64,000 nt of DNA, taken from positions 8,058 through 72,057 of the forward strand of contig CAVPLM010000017.1 in the NCBI GenBank assembly GCA_963706025.1, read 5' to 3'. Source of the DNA: an uncultured Actinomycetes bacterium. Its GTDB lineage: Bacteria > Actinomycetota > Thermoleophilia > RBG-16-64-13. Under the pieces are notes generated by a model. The model saw only the letters and a list, made by a program, of their open reading frames with translations, made no database searches and was not told where the DNA came from. Below, piece by piece: positions 44,117 through 53,670 of this stretch. The translations under genes and the position numbers were made by a program. Each line of letters begins with the position of its first letter. Position 1 is the stretch's first letter.

Positions 44117-45492
44117 TCGGGACCCGGGACATATTGGAGAGATCTCTCACCGGACCGGTGATGAAAGAGCGCGATTTCGACCTAGCCTTTGCCAAGAAAC
44201 TCCGCCAACTCTACGCCGACGTGACCGGTTCTCGGGGGATGCCCGACCCCGACCGGGTAGTTCCCGACGACGAGACCGCCGACCTGGTGTTCGCGGCAGC
44301 GGTGGAGTTGCTGGCCGAAGTGGGTCTATATAACAAGGACAGCCAGCGTGTCGTACAGGTCACTCGGGAGGAGATCCTGGAGATCGCGTCAAGCCGCCTC
44401 TCCGAGATCGAGCTGGGCACTGGGGCCGAGCGCGTCACTGTACGGGAAAGAAAGCCGGGCTCCACTTTTCCCCCGGTCATAGTGACCGGCCCGGTGGGAG
44501 GGCCCTTCACCGAGGAGTGCTATCTGCCCTGCCACCTCTCCTACGCCCAGGAACCCACCTGCCAGGGCCTGCTCGGCGGCGTTCTCCTGAGTTGGCAGGG
44601 AATCGAGAACATGGCCGGCCGGCCCAACGAGCTCATCGTGACCGCTGCGGAAGGCGAGCTCATCGCCCGGGCGGCAGAGGCTGCGGGGAAGCCCGGTCTT
44701 TACCTGGGGCCCTTCCCGCCGGGCGGGATCTCCCCGGAGGCGATCTTCTGCAACCACTCGGCGGCGGGACTCCCGCCGGCACGGACTCAGATCCCCATCC
44801 AGCTCATGCCGGAGCTGAAGCTCAGTTGGAGCAAGATCGATCTGGCCCTCTATTGTCAGGCCCATGGGGTCCACCCGTGGACCGACATCGTCTCGGTGAT
44901 CGGGGCCTTCTGCCGGAACGCCCTGGAGAGCTCCATCTCTCAGACGGCTGGGGTGCTGGGCGCCTGGACCTTTACCGGGGGATCCACCGCTTCGGTCTGG
45001 AGCACCGACATCGAGGGTCTCTGTACCCGGAAGCGGAACCTGTGGGCCAACTGCGCGACCACGCGGGCACTGGAGCGTCACGTGGGAAACCCGGTCTTCC
45101 TGCTCGGGTACGCTTCGGCCGGACCGTGCACCGAGATGGCCTTGCTCGAGACGGCGGCCTATTCCGTCGCCTACACGGCCAGTGGAGGCGAATTGATATG
45201 GGGGGGATCCACCTGCAACGGCGTGGATACGAATGCCTACGCGGGCCTGCAGGGCCGGATGGTGGGGGAGGCGGCTGAAGGCGCGTGCGGTCTCTCGGTC
45301 GACCGAGCCAATCAGATCATCGAAAGGCTTTTCGCCGCTTTCGAGGCCGACCTCCCCGTCGCGCCCAAAGGGCTCACGTTCGACCGGTGCTACGACCTAG
45401 ATTCGATCCGGCCCACGCGTCAGTATGCTCAGCTATACCAGAGGACGAAAGACGCGCTGAGCGCGGACTTTGGGCTGAGTTTCACCCTTTAG
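44113..45492 (+). CDS. mtmB: Monomethylamine:corrinoid methyltransferase (MtmB) family protein lacking pyrrolysine
   Basis: SYAQEP, AGKPG, ELK, AGPCTEMALLE, ASGGE, GRMVGE, APKGLTFDRCYD align to recalled MtmB; no in-frame TAG in the 459-aa ORF. Confidence 0.85.
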   Translation: MIGTRDILERSLTGPVMKERDFDLAFAKKLRQLYADVTGSRGMPDPDRVVPDDETADLVFAAAVELLAEVGLYNKDSQRVVQVTREEILEIASSRLSEIELGTGAERVTVRERKPGSTFPPVIVTGPVGGPFTEECYLPCHLSYAQEPTCQGLLGGVLLSWQGIENMAGRPNELIVTAAEGELIARAAEAAGKPGLYLGPFPPGGISPEAIFCNHSAAGLPPARTQIPIQLMPELKLSWSKIDLALYCQAHGVHPWTDIVSVIGAFCRNALESSISQTAGVLGAWTFTGGSTASVWSTDIEGLCTRKRNLWANCATTRALERHVGNPVFLLGYASAGPCTEMALLETAAYSVAYTASGGELIWGGSTCNGVDTNAYAGLQGRMVGEAAEGACGLSVDRANQIIERLFAAFEADLPVAPKGLTFDRCYDLDSIRPTRQYAQLYQRTKDALSADFGLSFTL

Positions 45493-45732
45493 TGGTGGGG
45501 CCTGGGGGTTTTTTTCGTAGGCTTGGTGTATATTCAGCCACGCACACGAATGGCAGCCGGTGACTTTCGGCCGAGCGACTCATCGCATCGGTTGACCCTG
45601 GAGTACGGCGGTCGTGTGCGAACATGGGGGAGCGAGCAGCGCTGAGGGGGGTGATCCGAAACCACGGGGATCCATTTCTAACTCGAGCTGTCGTCTTCGT
45701 CTAGTGGCAATCTCTGCAAATAGGAGGGGAAC

Positions 45733-47186
45733 ATGTCTGACAAAGAGGAGAACGGTCTTACTGAGAAAAGCGTGAGTCGGCGCGAGTTTCTCAAGATCGC
45801 AGGTATCGCGGGAGCAGCCGTAGGCGTCGGGGCCGGCCTCGGTGGGCTGGTGGCCGCGTGCGGCGAAGAAGAAGAGACCACCACCACGGCGGGCGCGACC
45901 ACCACCACGGCGGGCGCGACCACCACCACGGCGGGCGCAACCACCACCGTGAGCACCGGGGCCGAAGTGGGCCGGGAGGTCAAGATCGGCTTCGTCACCC
46001 CGCTCACCGGCCCGCTGGCTTCGTTCGGCGTTCCCGACAAGTACTGCGTGGAGCGGGCCCAGGAAGCCATCGGTGACGGCGTCGTCTGTGGCGACGGCAT
46101 GAAGCACCCGGTCACCATCATCACCATGGACAGCCAGTCCGACTCCAACCGGGCCGCGCAGGTCACCGGCGACCTGATCAACAACAACAAGGTCGACATG
46201 GTGACCGCCGCGTCCACGCCGGACACGGTCGCGCCCGGTGGCGGACCAGTGCGAGGCCAACGGGATGCCCTGCATCACCAACGACTGCCCGTGGCAATCG
46301 TATATCGCCACCGGCAGCGGCGGGGACATCACCGCCGTCTTCAAGTGGACCTACCACACCTTCTGGGGCCTCGAGGACGTGCAGGCCAACTTCCTCGACA
46401 TGTGGAGCCAGGTGCCCAACAACAAGGTCGTGGGGGCCATGTTCCCCAACGACGCCGACGGCAACGCCTGGCTGCCGGGATGGGCGCCGGTCTGGGAGCC
46501 GGCCGGCTATACGGCGGTCATTCCCAGCCAGTTCCAGAACCTGACGGAGGACTTCACCGCCCAGATCACCGAGTTCAAGAATGCGGGCTGCGAGATCGGC
46601 GTGGGTGTTTTCCTCCCGCCGGACTTCACCAACTTCTGGAAGCAACGGGCCCAGCAGGGCTGGAATCCCAAGATCGGCACTTATGCCAAGGCCCTGCTCT
46701 TCCCGCAGTCCATCGAGGCGCTGGGTGATCTAGGGACTGGGCTGACCACTGAAGTCTGGTGGACCCCGGCCCACCCGTTCACCTCTTCGCTGCTTGGTGA
46801 GACCTGCCAGCAGTTCGCCGACGAGTTCACCAAGCGTACAACGCCAGCAGTGGACCCAGCCGCTGCTGCACTTCATCGTCTTCGAGATGGCGGTCGACAC
46901 CCTCCAGCGGGCGACCAGCGTTGACGACAAGGAAGCCATCCTGGCTGCTATCAAGACCACCAAGCTGGACACTATCGGCGGTCCCGTCGACTTCACAGCG
47001 CCGGTGATCGGTGCCACCCCGCCCTTCCAGGTGGGTCCGTGCCACATCGTCGAGAACGTCTACAAGACCCCGTTGGTCGGTGGACAGTGGCGTAAGGGCA
47101 CCACGTGGCCGTACGAGCTGACCATCTGCAGCAACGCTGCCGGCCCGATGATCCCGGTGCAAGACAAGGTGCAGTCGCTGGTCTAG
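45733..47186 (+). CDS. Tat-lipoprotein ABC substrate-binding protein 3 (frameshifts near 46235 and 46840)
   Basis: SRREFLKIAG...LVAAC, TTTTAGA x3, KIGFVTPLTGPLASFG, PPDFTNFWKQ. Confidence 0.85.
45877..45948 (+). repeat. 21-nt tandem repeat encoding the TTTTAGA linker
   Basis: ACCACCACCACGGCGGGCGCR x3 plus a partial copy. Confidence 0.85.
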
Positions 47187-47220
47187 GCCTCACAGATCAG
47201 AGGTTCGGTCTCGGCTTGCA

Positions 47221-47264
47221 GAAGGGGCCGCGACACGCGGGCGATCGCGTGTCGCGGCCCCTTC
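47221..47264 (+). terminator. 19-bp perfect hairpin between the SBP and ABC ATPase genes (mRNA stabiliser or partial terminator)
   Basis: GAAGGGGCCGCGACACGCG-GGCGAT-CGCGTGTCGCGGCCCCTTC. Confidence 0.7.
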
Positions 47265-47428
47265 GCTGGCCGGGTCCGAAGTCGCGCTGGGCGTGTTTCT
47301 TGACCTCGGACCGCGCAGTGTGACATCCTGTTACGTTGTGCGTCAGAGTCTTCTCCGGTCGGACCGGCGCTCAGTCTAATCTAAGAGGATCAAGGGGGAG
47401 TGGGGGATTCGCATGGAGGTGATTCCAC

Positions 47429-48154
47429 TTGACGGTAGCGCTTGAAACCCAAGGCCTTCGGAAGTCTTTCGGCGGGGTCTTGGTGATCGACGACCTGAGC
47501 ATCAGCGTGGACCAAGGGGAGGCTCTCGGCATCGTCGGTCCCAACGGGGCAGGCAAGACCACTTGGTTCAACCTGATCACCGGCGCAGTGAACGAAGACG
47601 CCGGCAAGGTGATCTTCGAGGGCAGGGACATCACCGATCTCTCTCGGCACGAACGGTGCCGCATCGGCTTGGGCCGCACCTTCCAGATTCCGAGGCCCTT
47701 CACGGGCATGACCGTCTTCGAGAATGTCCTGGTGGGTGCCACCCACGGCCGCAAGATGGCGGCCCGGGCTTCTTACGCCCATTGCGTGGATATTCTGGAG
47801 TGGACCGGCCTGCACAAGAAGGTGAACGTTCTCGCCGGGTCGCTTAGCCTGCTCGATCGCAAACGCTTGGAGCTGGCCCGGGCTCTGGCCACCGATCCCA
47901 GTTTGCTGCTTCTGGACGAGATCGCCGGCGGCCTCACCCAGGTCGAGGTCGAAGAACTGATCGAAGAGATCAAGAAGCTCAGGACCAGGGGCGTCACCAT
48001 TGTCTGGATCGAGCACATCGTTCACGCTCTCCTGGCTGTGGTCGATCGCATCACCGTCATCCAGTTCGGCCGCAAGCTGTGCGAGGGAGACCCTCACGAG
48101 GTCATGAACAGCCAGGAAGTCCAGGCCTGCTACATGGGAGGGACGCCGGCATGA
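47429..48154 (+). CDS. Branched-chain-type ABC ATPase (LivG-like)
   Basis: GPNGAGKTT, RTFQIPRPF, LLLDEIAGGL, WIEH. Confidence 0.92.
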   Translation: MTVALETQGLRKSFGGVLVIDDLSISVDQGEALGIVGPNGAGKTTWFNLITGAVNEDAGKVIFEGRDITDLSRHERCRIGLGRTFQIPRPFTGMTVFENVLVGATHGRKMAARASYAHCVDILEWTGLHKKVNVLAGSLSLLDRKRLELARALATDPSLLLLDEIAGGLTQVEVEELIEEIKKLRTRGVTIVWIEHIVHALLAVVDRITVIQFGRKLCEGDPHEVMNSQEVQACYMGGTPA

Positions 48155-48849
48155 GTCTGCTCGAGATCGACAACGCCAGCGTCTTCTACGAGGACTTCCA
48201 GGCTCTCTACGACCTCTCCCTCAAGGTGGAAGAAGGTGAGATATTCGCCTGCATCGGCGCCAACGGGGCAGGCAAGTCCACCCTGCTCAGGACCATCTCC
48301 GGCGTGCTCGTCCCCCGTATGGGACGCATCCTCTTCGATGGGCAGTCCATCGATCATATGCCCCCCCACAAGCGGGTGGAGCTGGGTATCTCCATGGTGC
48401 CGGAAGGTCGCCGGGTGTTCCCCAGCCTGAGCGTGCACGAGAACCTGCAGATCGGTGCCTGGCGTAGCCGCAAGGGTCCCTGGAGCACGGATGCCGTCTA
48501 TGACATGTTCCCCCTCCTACAGCCCCTCAGGAAGCGTCAGGCCTCCGGTCTTTCCGGCGGCGAGCAGCAGGCTCTGGCGATCGGGCGCTCGCTCATGAGC
48601 AATCCCAGGCTCATCCTGATGGACGAGGTCTCGTTGGGTCTGGCTCCGGTGGTCATCAAACGGATCTACGACGCCTTCCCGAAGCTCCTCAGTTCTGGCT
48701 GTACCATCCTCGTCGTCGAGCAGGACGTCCAGCACGTGCTCACAGTGGCCAATCACGTGGCCTGCTTTCTTGAGGGTCGGATCGCCCTTGAGGGTGAACC
48801 CAAGGATCTGACCACCGACCAGATAACCGCGGCCTACTTCGGAGTGTAG
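48151..48849 (+). CDS. Branched-chain-type ABC ATPase (LivF-like)
   Basis: GANGAGKST, VPEGRRVF, LSGGEQQ, DEVSLGLAP. Confidence 0.92.
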   Translation: MSLLEIDNASVFYEDFQALYDLSLKVEEGEIFACIGANGAGKSTLLRTISGVLVPRMGRILFDGQSIDHMPPHKRVELGISMVPEGRRVFPSLSVHENLQIGAWRSRKGPWSTDAVYDMFPLLQPLRKRQASGLSGGEQQALAIGRSLMSNPRLILMDEVSLGLAPVVIKRIYDAFPKLLSSGCTILVVEQDVQHVLTVANHVACFLEGRIALEGEPKDLTTDQITAAYFGV

Positions 48850-48851
48850 AT

Positions 48852-49724
48852 ATGGACTGGATCAACGCAGCTGTCCAAGGCATCCTCCTGGGTGGCCTCT
48901 ATGCTCTGTTTGCCACGGGCTTGGCCCTCGTCTTTGGGACGATGCGCCTGGTCAACCTGGCTCACGGTGACCTGACGGTCCTGCCCGCGTACGTAGCGCT
49001 GATGCTCGTGAACGCGTTTCGCTTCAACCCGTTCTACTCCATCCCGATCACCATGGTGGTCATGTTCGTCGTCGGCTACTTGCTCCAGCGGGGCCTTCTT
49101 AACCTTATCGTAGGCAAGGGGGACGTAGCCGGGGTGATCGTGACCTTCGGTCTCTCGATCGTGATCCAGAACGCCTTGTTGCTGGCTTTCACGGCCAACT
49201 CCCAGGGGCTCGACGCCGGCACGGTCGAGAACTTGAGCATCAAGGTCAACGACCGGCTGGCCATCGGCTGGTTGCCGCTGATCATCTTCCTCATGTCCCT
49301 GGTGGTCATCACCGGTCTGCAGATGTTCCTGAGCCGGACCAAGATGGGGCGCGGCTTCCGTGCCATATCGGACGATACCGATGCCGCCCGGCTCATGGGC
49401 ATCAACACCAAGCACGTGTGGGCGATCGCCATGGGCGTGGCGCTCGGCATCGTTGCGATCGGCGGGGTGATGATGGGCATCCGCACCACCTTCGATCCTT
49501 TGCTCGGTACCCAACGCCTGATCTACGCGTTTGAGGCCGTCATCATCGGCGGCATGGGATCGGGATGGGGGACCCTTTTGGGTGGTGTGATTCTGGGGTT
49601 ATCTCAGACCTTGGGCGCACAGGCCTTCGGCTCGGCCTGGTCCATCCTGGTCGGGCACGTGGTCTTTGTGGCCATCCTGGCGTTTAGACCACAAGGCCTC
49701 CTCGCGAAGACGGTGACGACATGA
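48852..49724 (+). CDS. ABC permease (LivH-like)
   Basis: GLALVFGTMRLVNLAHGD, GRGFRA...MGIN, IIGGMGS. Confidence 0.92.
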   Translation: MDWINAAVQGILLGGLYALFATGLALVFGTMRLVNLAHGDLTVLPAYVALMLVNAFRFNPFYSIPITMVVMFVVGYLLQRGLLNLIVGKGDVAGVIVTFGLSIVIQNALLLAFTANSQGLDAGTVENLSIKVNDRLAIGWLPLIIFLMSLVVITGLQMFLSRTKMGRGFRAISDDTDAARLMGINTKHVWAIAMGVALGIVAIGGVMMGIRTTFDPLLGTQRLIYAFEAVIIGGMGSGWGTLLGGVILGLSQTLGAQAFGSAWSILVGHVVFVAILAFRPQGLLAKTVTT

Positions 49725-50797
49725 ACGCCAAGGCAACTACAGCCGAAACCGGCGGCAGGCAGTTCTCAGTCCATGTCGCTACTCGGACGAACTACATGAT
49801 CCTCGTTTTTGGGGTGCTGGTCCTTATCGTGTTGGCCGTCTTTCCGCTTTTCGGAGGGATACCGTGGACCCGCCGGCTGGTCGACTTCTTCACCCTCCTA
49901 GCTCTGGCTCAACTCTGGAACCTCATGCTTGGCTATGCCGGCATCATCTCGGTGGGGCAGCAGGGTTTGATCGGCATGGGGTCCTATGCCCTGTGGTTTT
50001 TTGCAGATGTCCTGCACATCAACCCCTTCATCAGCGTGGTCTTCGCCGGCATCGGCGGCGCGATCATCGCCCTCCCGGCGGCGGCCCTGGTGTTCAGACT
50101 CAAGGGTGGCTACCTCGCCATCGGCACCTGGGTCATAGCGGAGATCCTGCGGTTGATCGTAGCCAACATCAAGAGGACCGGCGGCGGGTCGGGGATCACC
50201 ATCCAGGCGGCTACTCAGTTGGGTACGGAAGTGCGGGTGCCGGGAACGTACTGGTGGGGACTGGCCTCGGCGATGCTTTCCATGGGGGTCATCTACTTCT
50301 TGCTCCGATCGCGCACCGGTCTGGCCTTGAAGGCCATGCGTGACAACGACCTGGCCGCGGAGAGTTCCGGAGTGAACCTGTGGCGCGCCAAGCTCTACAC
50401 CTACGTGATCGCCGGGGCCGGGTGCGCCGTGGTGGGAGCGATCGTGGCCATCCACCTCCTGAGGGTCCAGCCCGCCGCGGCCTTCAGCATCAACTGGACG
50501 GCATACATGCTCTTTATCGCGGTCATCGGGGGGGTAGGCACGATCGAGGGGCCGGTCATCGGTACCATCATCTACTTCGTCCTCCGAGAGACGACCAGCA
50601 AGTATGGAGAGTGGTACTTCATCATTCTGGGTCTCCTGGCCATCGTTGTGACCGTGTGGAGCCCAAGCGGCATCTACGGTTACATCTACCGGAAGACCAG
50701 TTTCCTTCTGTTCCCGCTCCAGCGCAAGCTCGCATATAGGGATGAGCCGGGACGAGCGACCCCCGTCGCTGCGGAGAGCGGCGAGACGCCCGGCTAG
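49721..50797 (+). CDS. ABC permease (LivM-like)
   Basis: WNLMLGYAGIISVG, RLKGGYLAIGT, TGGGSG, IGGVGTIEGP. Confidence 0.92.
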   Translation: MNAKATTAETGGRQFSVHVATRTNYMILVFGVLVLIVLAVFPLFGGIPWTRRLVDFFTLLALAQLWNLMLGYAGIISVGQQGLIGMGSYALWFFADVLHINPFISVVFAGIGGAIIALPAAALVFRLKGGYLAIGTWVIAEILRLIVANIKRTGGGSGITIQAATQLGTEVRVPGTYWWGLASAMLSMGVIYFLLRSRTGLALKAMRDNDLAAESSGVNLWRAKLYTYVIAGAGCAVVGAIVAIHLLRVQPAAAFSINWTAYMLFIAVIGGVGTIEGPVIGTIIYFVLRETTSKYGEWYFIILGLLAIVVTVWSPSGIYGYIYRKTSFLLFPLQRKLAYRDEPGRATPVAAESGETPG

Positions 50798-50827
50798 ACC
50801 GCATTGCCACAGACTGATCGCGTGCCC

Positions 50828-50853
50828 GGGAGGCCGCCGCAAGGCGGCCTCCC
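50828..50853 (+). terminator. GC hairpin after the ABC operon
   Basis: GGGAGGCCGCC-GCAA-GGCGGCCTCCC. Confidence 0.55.
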
Positions 50854-51086
50854 GATCGTGGTTGATGTCAGACCGAGTCTGTATACTGCGGCGCGCTGTT
50901 TCGAGCCCACCTGCGGACCAACCGCAAAACACTCGGTCGAGCCGCGCACACTGCAGCACAAACGGCCGGATGCAGGGAACGGACACGGTGGCTGAAGGTT
51001 CCGCATGTCAGGACCAGACCCAGCGCGGTTCGTCTCGTCGGTAGGCTGCGAAGCGACCCCGGGGGCCCGAAGGGAAGGGGGTAGGG

Positions 51087-51956
51087 ATGAGTGCTGATCC
51101 GAGCGTACGTTCTGTCGCCCGTGCAGTGTCCATCCTGGAACAATTCACGGTCGACCGCCCCGAGCTTACTTTGACCGAGATAAGCGTGGGTATCGGCCTT
51201 AGCAAGAGCACCACCCACCGCCTACTGGGCACCCTCGAAGCCGCTGAGATTGTGGAGCTCGACAAGCGGACCTCGCGGTATCATCTCGGTCTCAAGATCT
51301 TCCGCTTGGGCAGCGTGGTGTCCAAGAGCATGGATCTCGTCAAGCAGGCCGACCCTCTGCTTTCAAACGTTACCGAGGAAACCGACGAGTCCTCGTTCCT
51401 GCAGGTCGCCGACGGCAACGAGGCCCTTTGTCTTCGCCGCTTCGACGGCACCCATCACGTGCGGGTGCTGTTCATGGAAGCGGGCAGGCGCTCGGCTTTC
51501 AACTGCGGCGCCGGCCAGCGAGTCCTCCTCGCCCACCTGCCGGAATGGCGTTGGGAGGAGGTCGTGACCAGTCACACCCGCCGCATGACCCAGTATTCCC
51601 TGGTCAGCCGGGAGGAGTTGGAGCGCGACCGGCGCGAGATCCGGGAACGGGGCTACACGGTGAGCTGGGAGGATGTAACCCTTCACGCCTGCGCTCTGGG
51701 AGCCCCGGTACGCGACGCGACCGGTGCCGTGGTGGCGGCAGTAAGCATCTCCGGGATCGTGCAACGATTCTCGGCCGAACGCCTGCCCACCCTGATCCGT
51801 AGGATCATGGAAGTGGGAGACGAGCTGTCCCGTAGGCTAGGGTATCTGCTCCAAGAGACGGATGGCCGCTCCGCGGCCCCCTCGCGGTCCGGTGGAGATA
51901 TGCCGGGCGCGAAGAGTTCCAGCGAGAGACGCGATCGTCCGTCAACTGAGGGTTAA
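51087..51956 (+). CDS. IclR-family transcriptional regulator
   Basis: VRSVARAVSIL...GLSKSTTHRLL; IRERGY...ALGAPV...VAAVSISG. Confidence 0.9.
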   Translation: MSADPSVRSVARAVSILEQFTVDRPELTLTEISVGIGLSKSTTHRLLGTLEAAEIVELDKRTSRYHLGLKIFRLGSVVSKSMDLVKQADPLLSNVTEETDESSFLQVADGNEALCLRRFDGTHHVRVLFMEAGRRSAFNCGAGQRVLLAHLPEWRWEEVVTSHTRRMTQYSLVSREELERDRREIRERGYTVSWEDVTLHACALGAPVRDATGAVVAAVSISGIVQRFSAERLPTLIRRIMEVGDELSRRLGYLLQETDGRSAAPSRSGGDMPGAKSSSERRDRPSTEG

Positions 51957-52080
51957 CGGACGCTTCGGCCCTTTCTCTCATGCGCAATGCGGGTCGAGAG
52001 TATGGTTTAATACTCGAGGGTGAGTTGTGGGTGTTGCTGGGTTTTGCCGGGGTGTGAGGGCGATAAGGAGGAATCGACTG

Positions 52081-52356
52081 ATGCCCAGCTGGATAGGACC
52101 GTGGGAGATAGCGATCATTCTGGTGTTGATCTTGCTCATCTTCGGCCCGAGGAAACTGCCCGAACTCGGCTCGTCGCTTGGCAAGTCCATCCGCGGCTTC
52201 AAGAGAGGCATGAAGGACGGCCAGGACGAAGGTGAGGCGACGGTCTCCGAAGCGCACGAAGCGGCGGAGCAGAAAGCCCCCGAGCCGCCCAAAGCTGAGG
52301 CCCAACCAGCCCCGTCCGAGTCTGTGAAGTCGGACACGATCGAGAAGACCGGATAG
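52081..52356 (+). CDS. tatA: Twin-arginine translocase TatA/E
   Basis: IGPWEIAIILVLILLIFGPRKLPELGSSLGKSIRGFK; AAGGAGG RBS. Confidence 0.92.
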   Translation: MPSWIGPWEIAIILVLILLIFGPRKLPELGSSLGKSIRGFKRGMKDGQDEGEATVSEAHEAAEQKAPEPPKAEAQPAPSESVKSDTIEKTG

Positions 52357-52386
52357 GGGCGATGCCGCCCCCAAGGCGGCGCCTTC

Positions 52387-53520
52387 ATGTCCACCGGCGA
52401 GAGCTTCGTCTATCTCGAGATCGCAGAAGCGATCCGTAGGCTCATCGTATCCGGGGAGCTCCAGCCCGGGGACCGCCTACCTTCCGTCCGGGCCATGGCC
52501 CAACGCTGGAGATGCACACCCAACACGGTCAGCCGGGGCTATGCCCTGCTTTCACGCGAGGGGCTGGTGGTGGGCCATCGGGGCGGCGGCACCCGCGTGG
52601 TGTCGACCAGGGCCGAGTCAAGTGCGTTCGCGCCTCCGGAGTGGGAGTGGGCCAATCTGGTCAATCGGGCCGAGAACTACCTGCTCGAAAGCCTGAGTCT
52701 GGGTCATAGCCCGGGGCACGCCGAAGCCGCGCTGGCCGCGGCCATATCCCGCTGGCAAGATCTGCGACGGCCGGCTTCTCCCCAAAAGGTCGTGACGCTC
52801 GCGGATCGGAACGATCGAGAGGTGCGATTCTCCGGCAGCCACGATCTTTCCGTCGAACTGCTGGGACGAGCGCTCCTCGAGCGGACGCCTCCGGTGATGC
52901 TTTCGATCGACTTCATCGGCAGCCTGGGGGGGCTCATGGCCCTGGCCCGAGGCGAGGCCGACATCGCCGGCACGCACTTGTTCGACGAAGCCACAGGGGC
53001 GTACAACACGCCTTTCGTGCGGCGTGTCCTTCCCAATCGCAGAGTGGTGCTTCTGAACCTCGCGCAGCGGGTGCAGGGGCTTATCGTGCCGGCAGGGAAC
53101 GCCCAGGGGCTGCGGTCGATCGCCGATCTGGCCGGGCCGGCGGTCCGCTTCATCAACCGCCAGCCGGGCTCGGGTACGAGGGTGTGGCTGGACATCCGTC
53201 TGAGACACGAGGGCATGTCTTCCGAGGACATCTCGGGGTATGACCAGGAGGAGTCGACCCACCTGGGAGTAGCCCGCGCCGTAGCCGAAGGCCGGGCCAC
53301 CGCTGGTGTCGGCATCAGTGCCGCGGCAGCCGCGTACGGCCTGGGTTTCGTACCCCTGGGCGAGGAACGTTACGATCTGGTGATCCCTTCGGAGATCTGG
53401 GATACGCCGGCTCTGCTGTCGCTGCGGGAAGTGTTGACCTCCCAGCACTTCAAGGAGGCCATCTTGGCTCTGGGCGGCTACGACGTTTCTCAGACGGGGA
53501 GCGAGACCTTGCTCGACTGA
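52387..53520 (+). CDS. GntR wHTH fused to a molybdate-binding-like PBP domain
   Basis: GELQPGDRLPSVR...PNTVSRGY; GSHD, GSLGGL, INRQPGSGTR, EERYDLVI. Confidence 0.85.
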   Translation: MSTGESFVYLEIAEAIRRLIVSGELQPGDRLPSVRAMAQRWRCTPNTVSRGYALLSREGLVVGHRGGGTRVVSTRAESSAFAPPEWEWANLVNRAENYLLESLSLGHSPGHAEAALAAAISRWQDLRRPASPQKVVTLADRNDREVRFSGSHDLSVELLGRALLERTPPVMLSIDFIGSLGGLMALARGEADIAGTHLFDEATGAYNTPFVRRVLPNRRVVLLNLAQRVQGLIVPAGNAQGLRSIADLAGPAVRFINRQPGSGTRVWLDIRLRHEGMSSEDISGYDQEESTHLGVARAVAEGRATAGVGISAAAAAYGLGFVPLGEERYDLVIPSEIWDTPALLSLREVLTSQHFKEAILALGGYDVSQTGSETLLD

Positions 53521-53670
53521 CTCGGCGCTGCCTGGCGCCGCCCCGACTCGGCCTGCCGAGACGGCCCGACCGAGCCCCGGCTCGGCGCTGCCGACCCTCA
53601 GCCGACCGTTCGTTGTAGTCGCGTCCTCGGTGCTAGTCTTAGCTGGGAGCGGACCAGAAGGAGGAGCGGA

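Noticed and set aside
12447-53520. tRNA-integrated mobile island
   Set aside because: The region lies on the 5' side of tRNA-Leu; I saw no integrase, transposase or duplicated tRNA 3' end.
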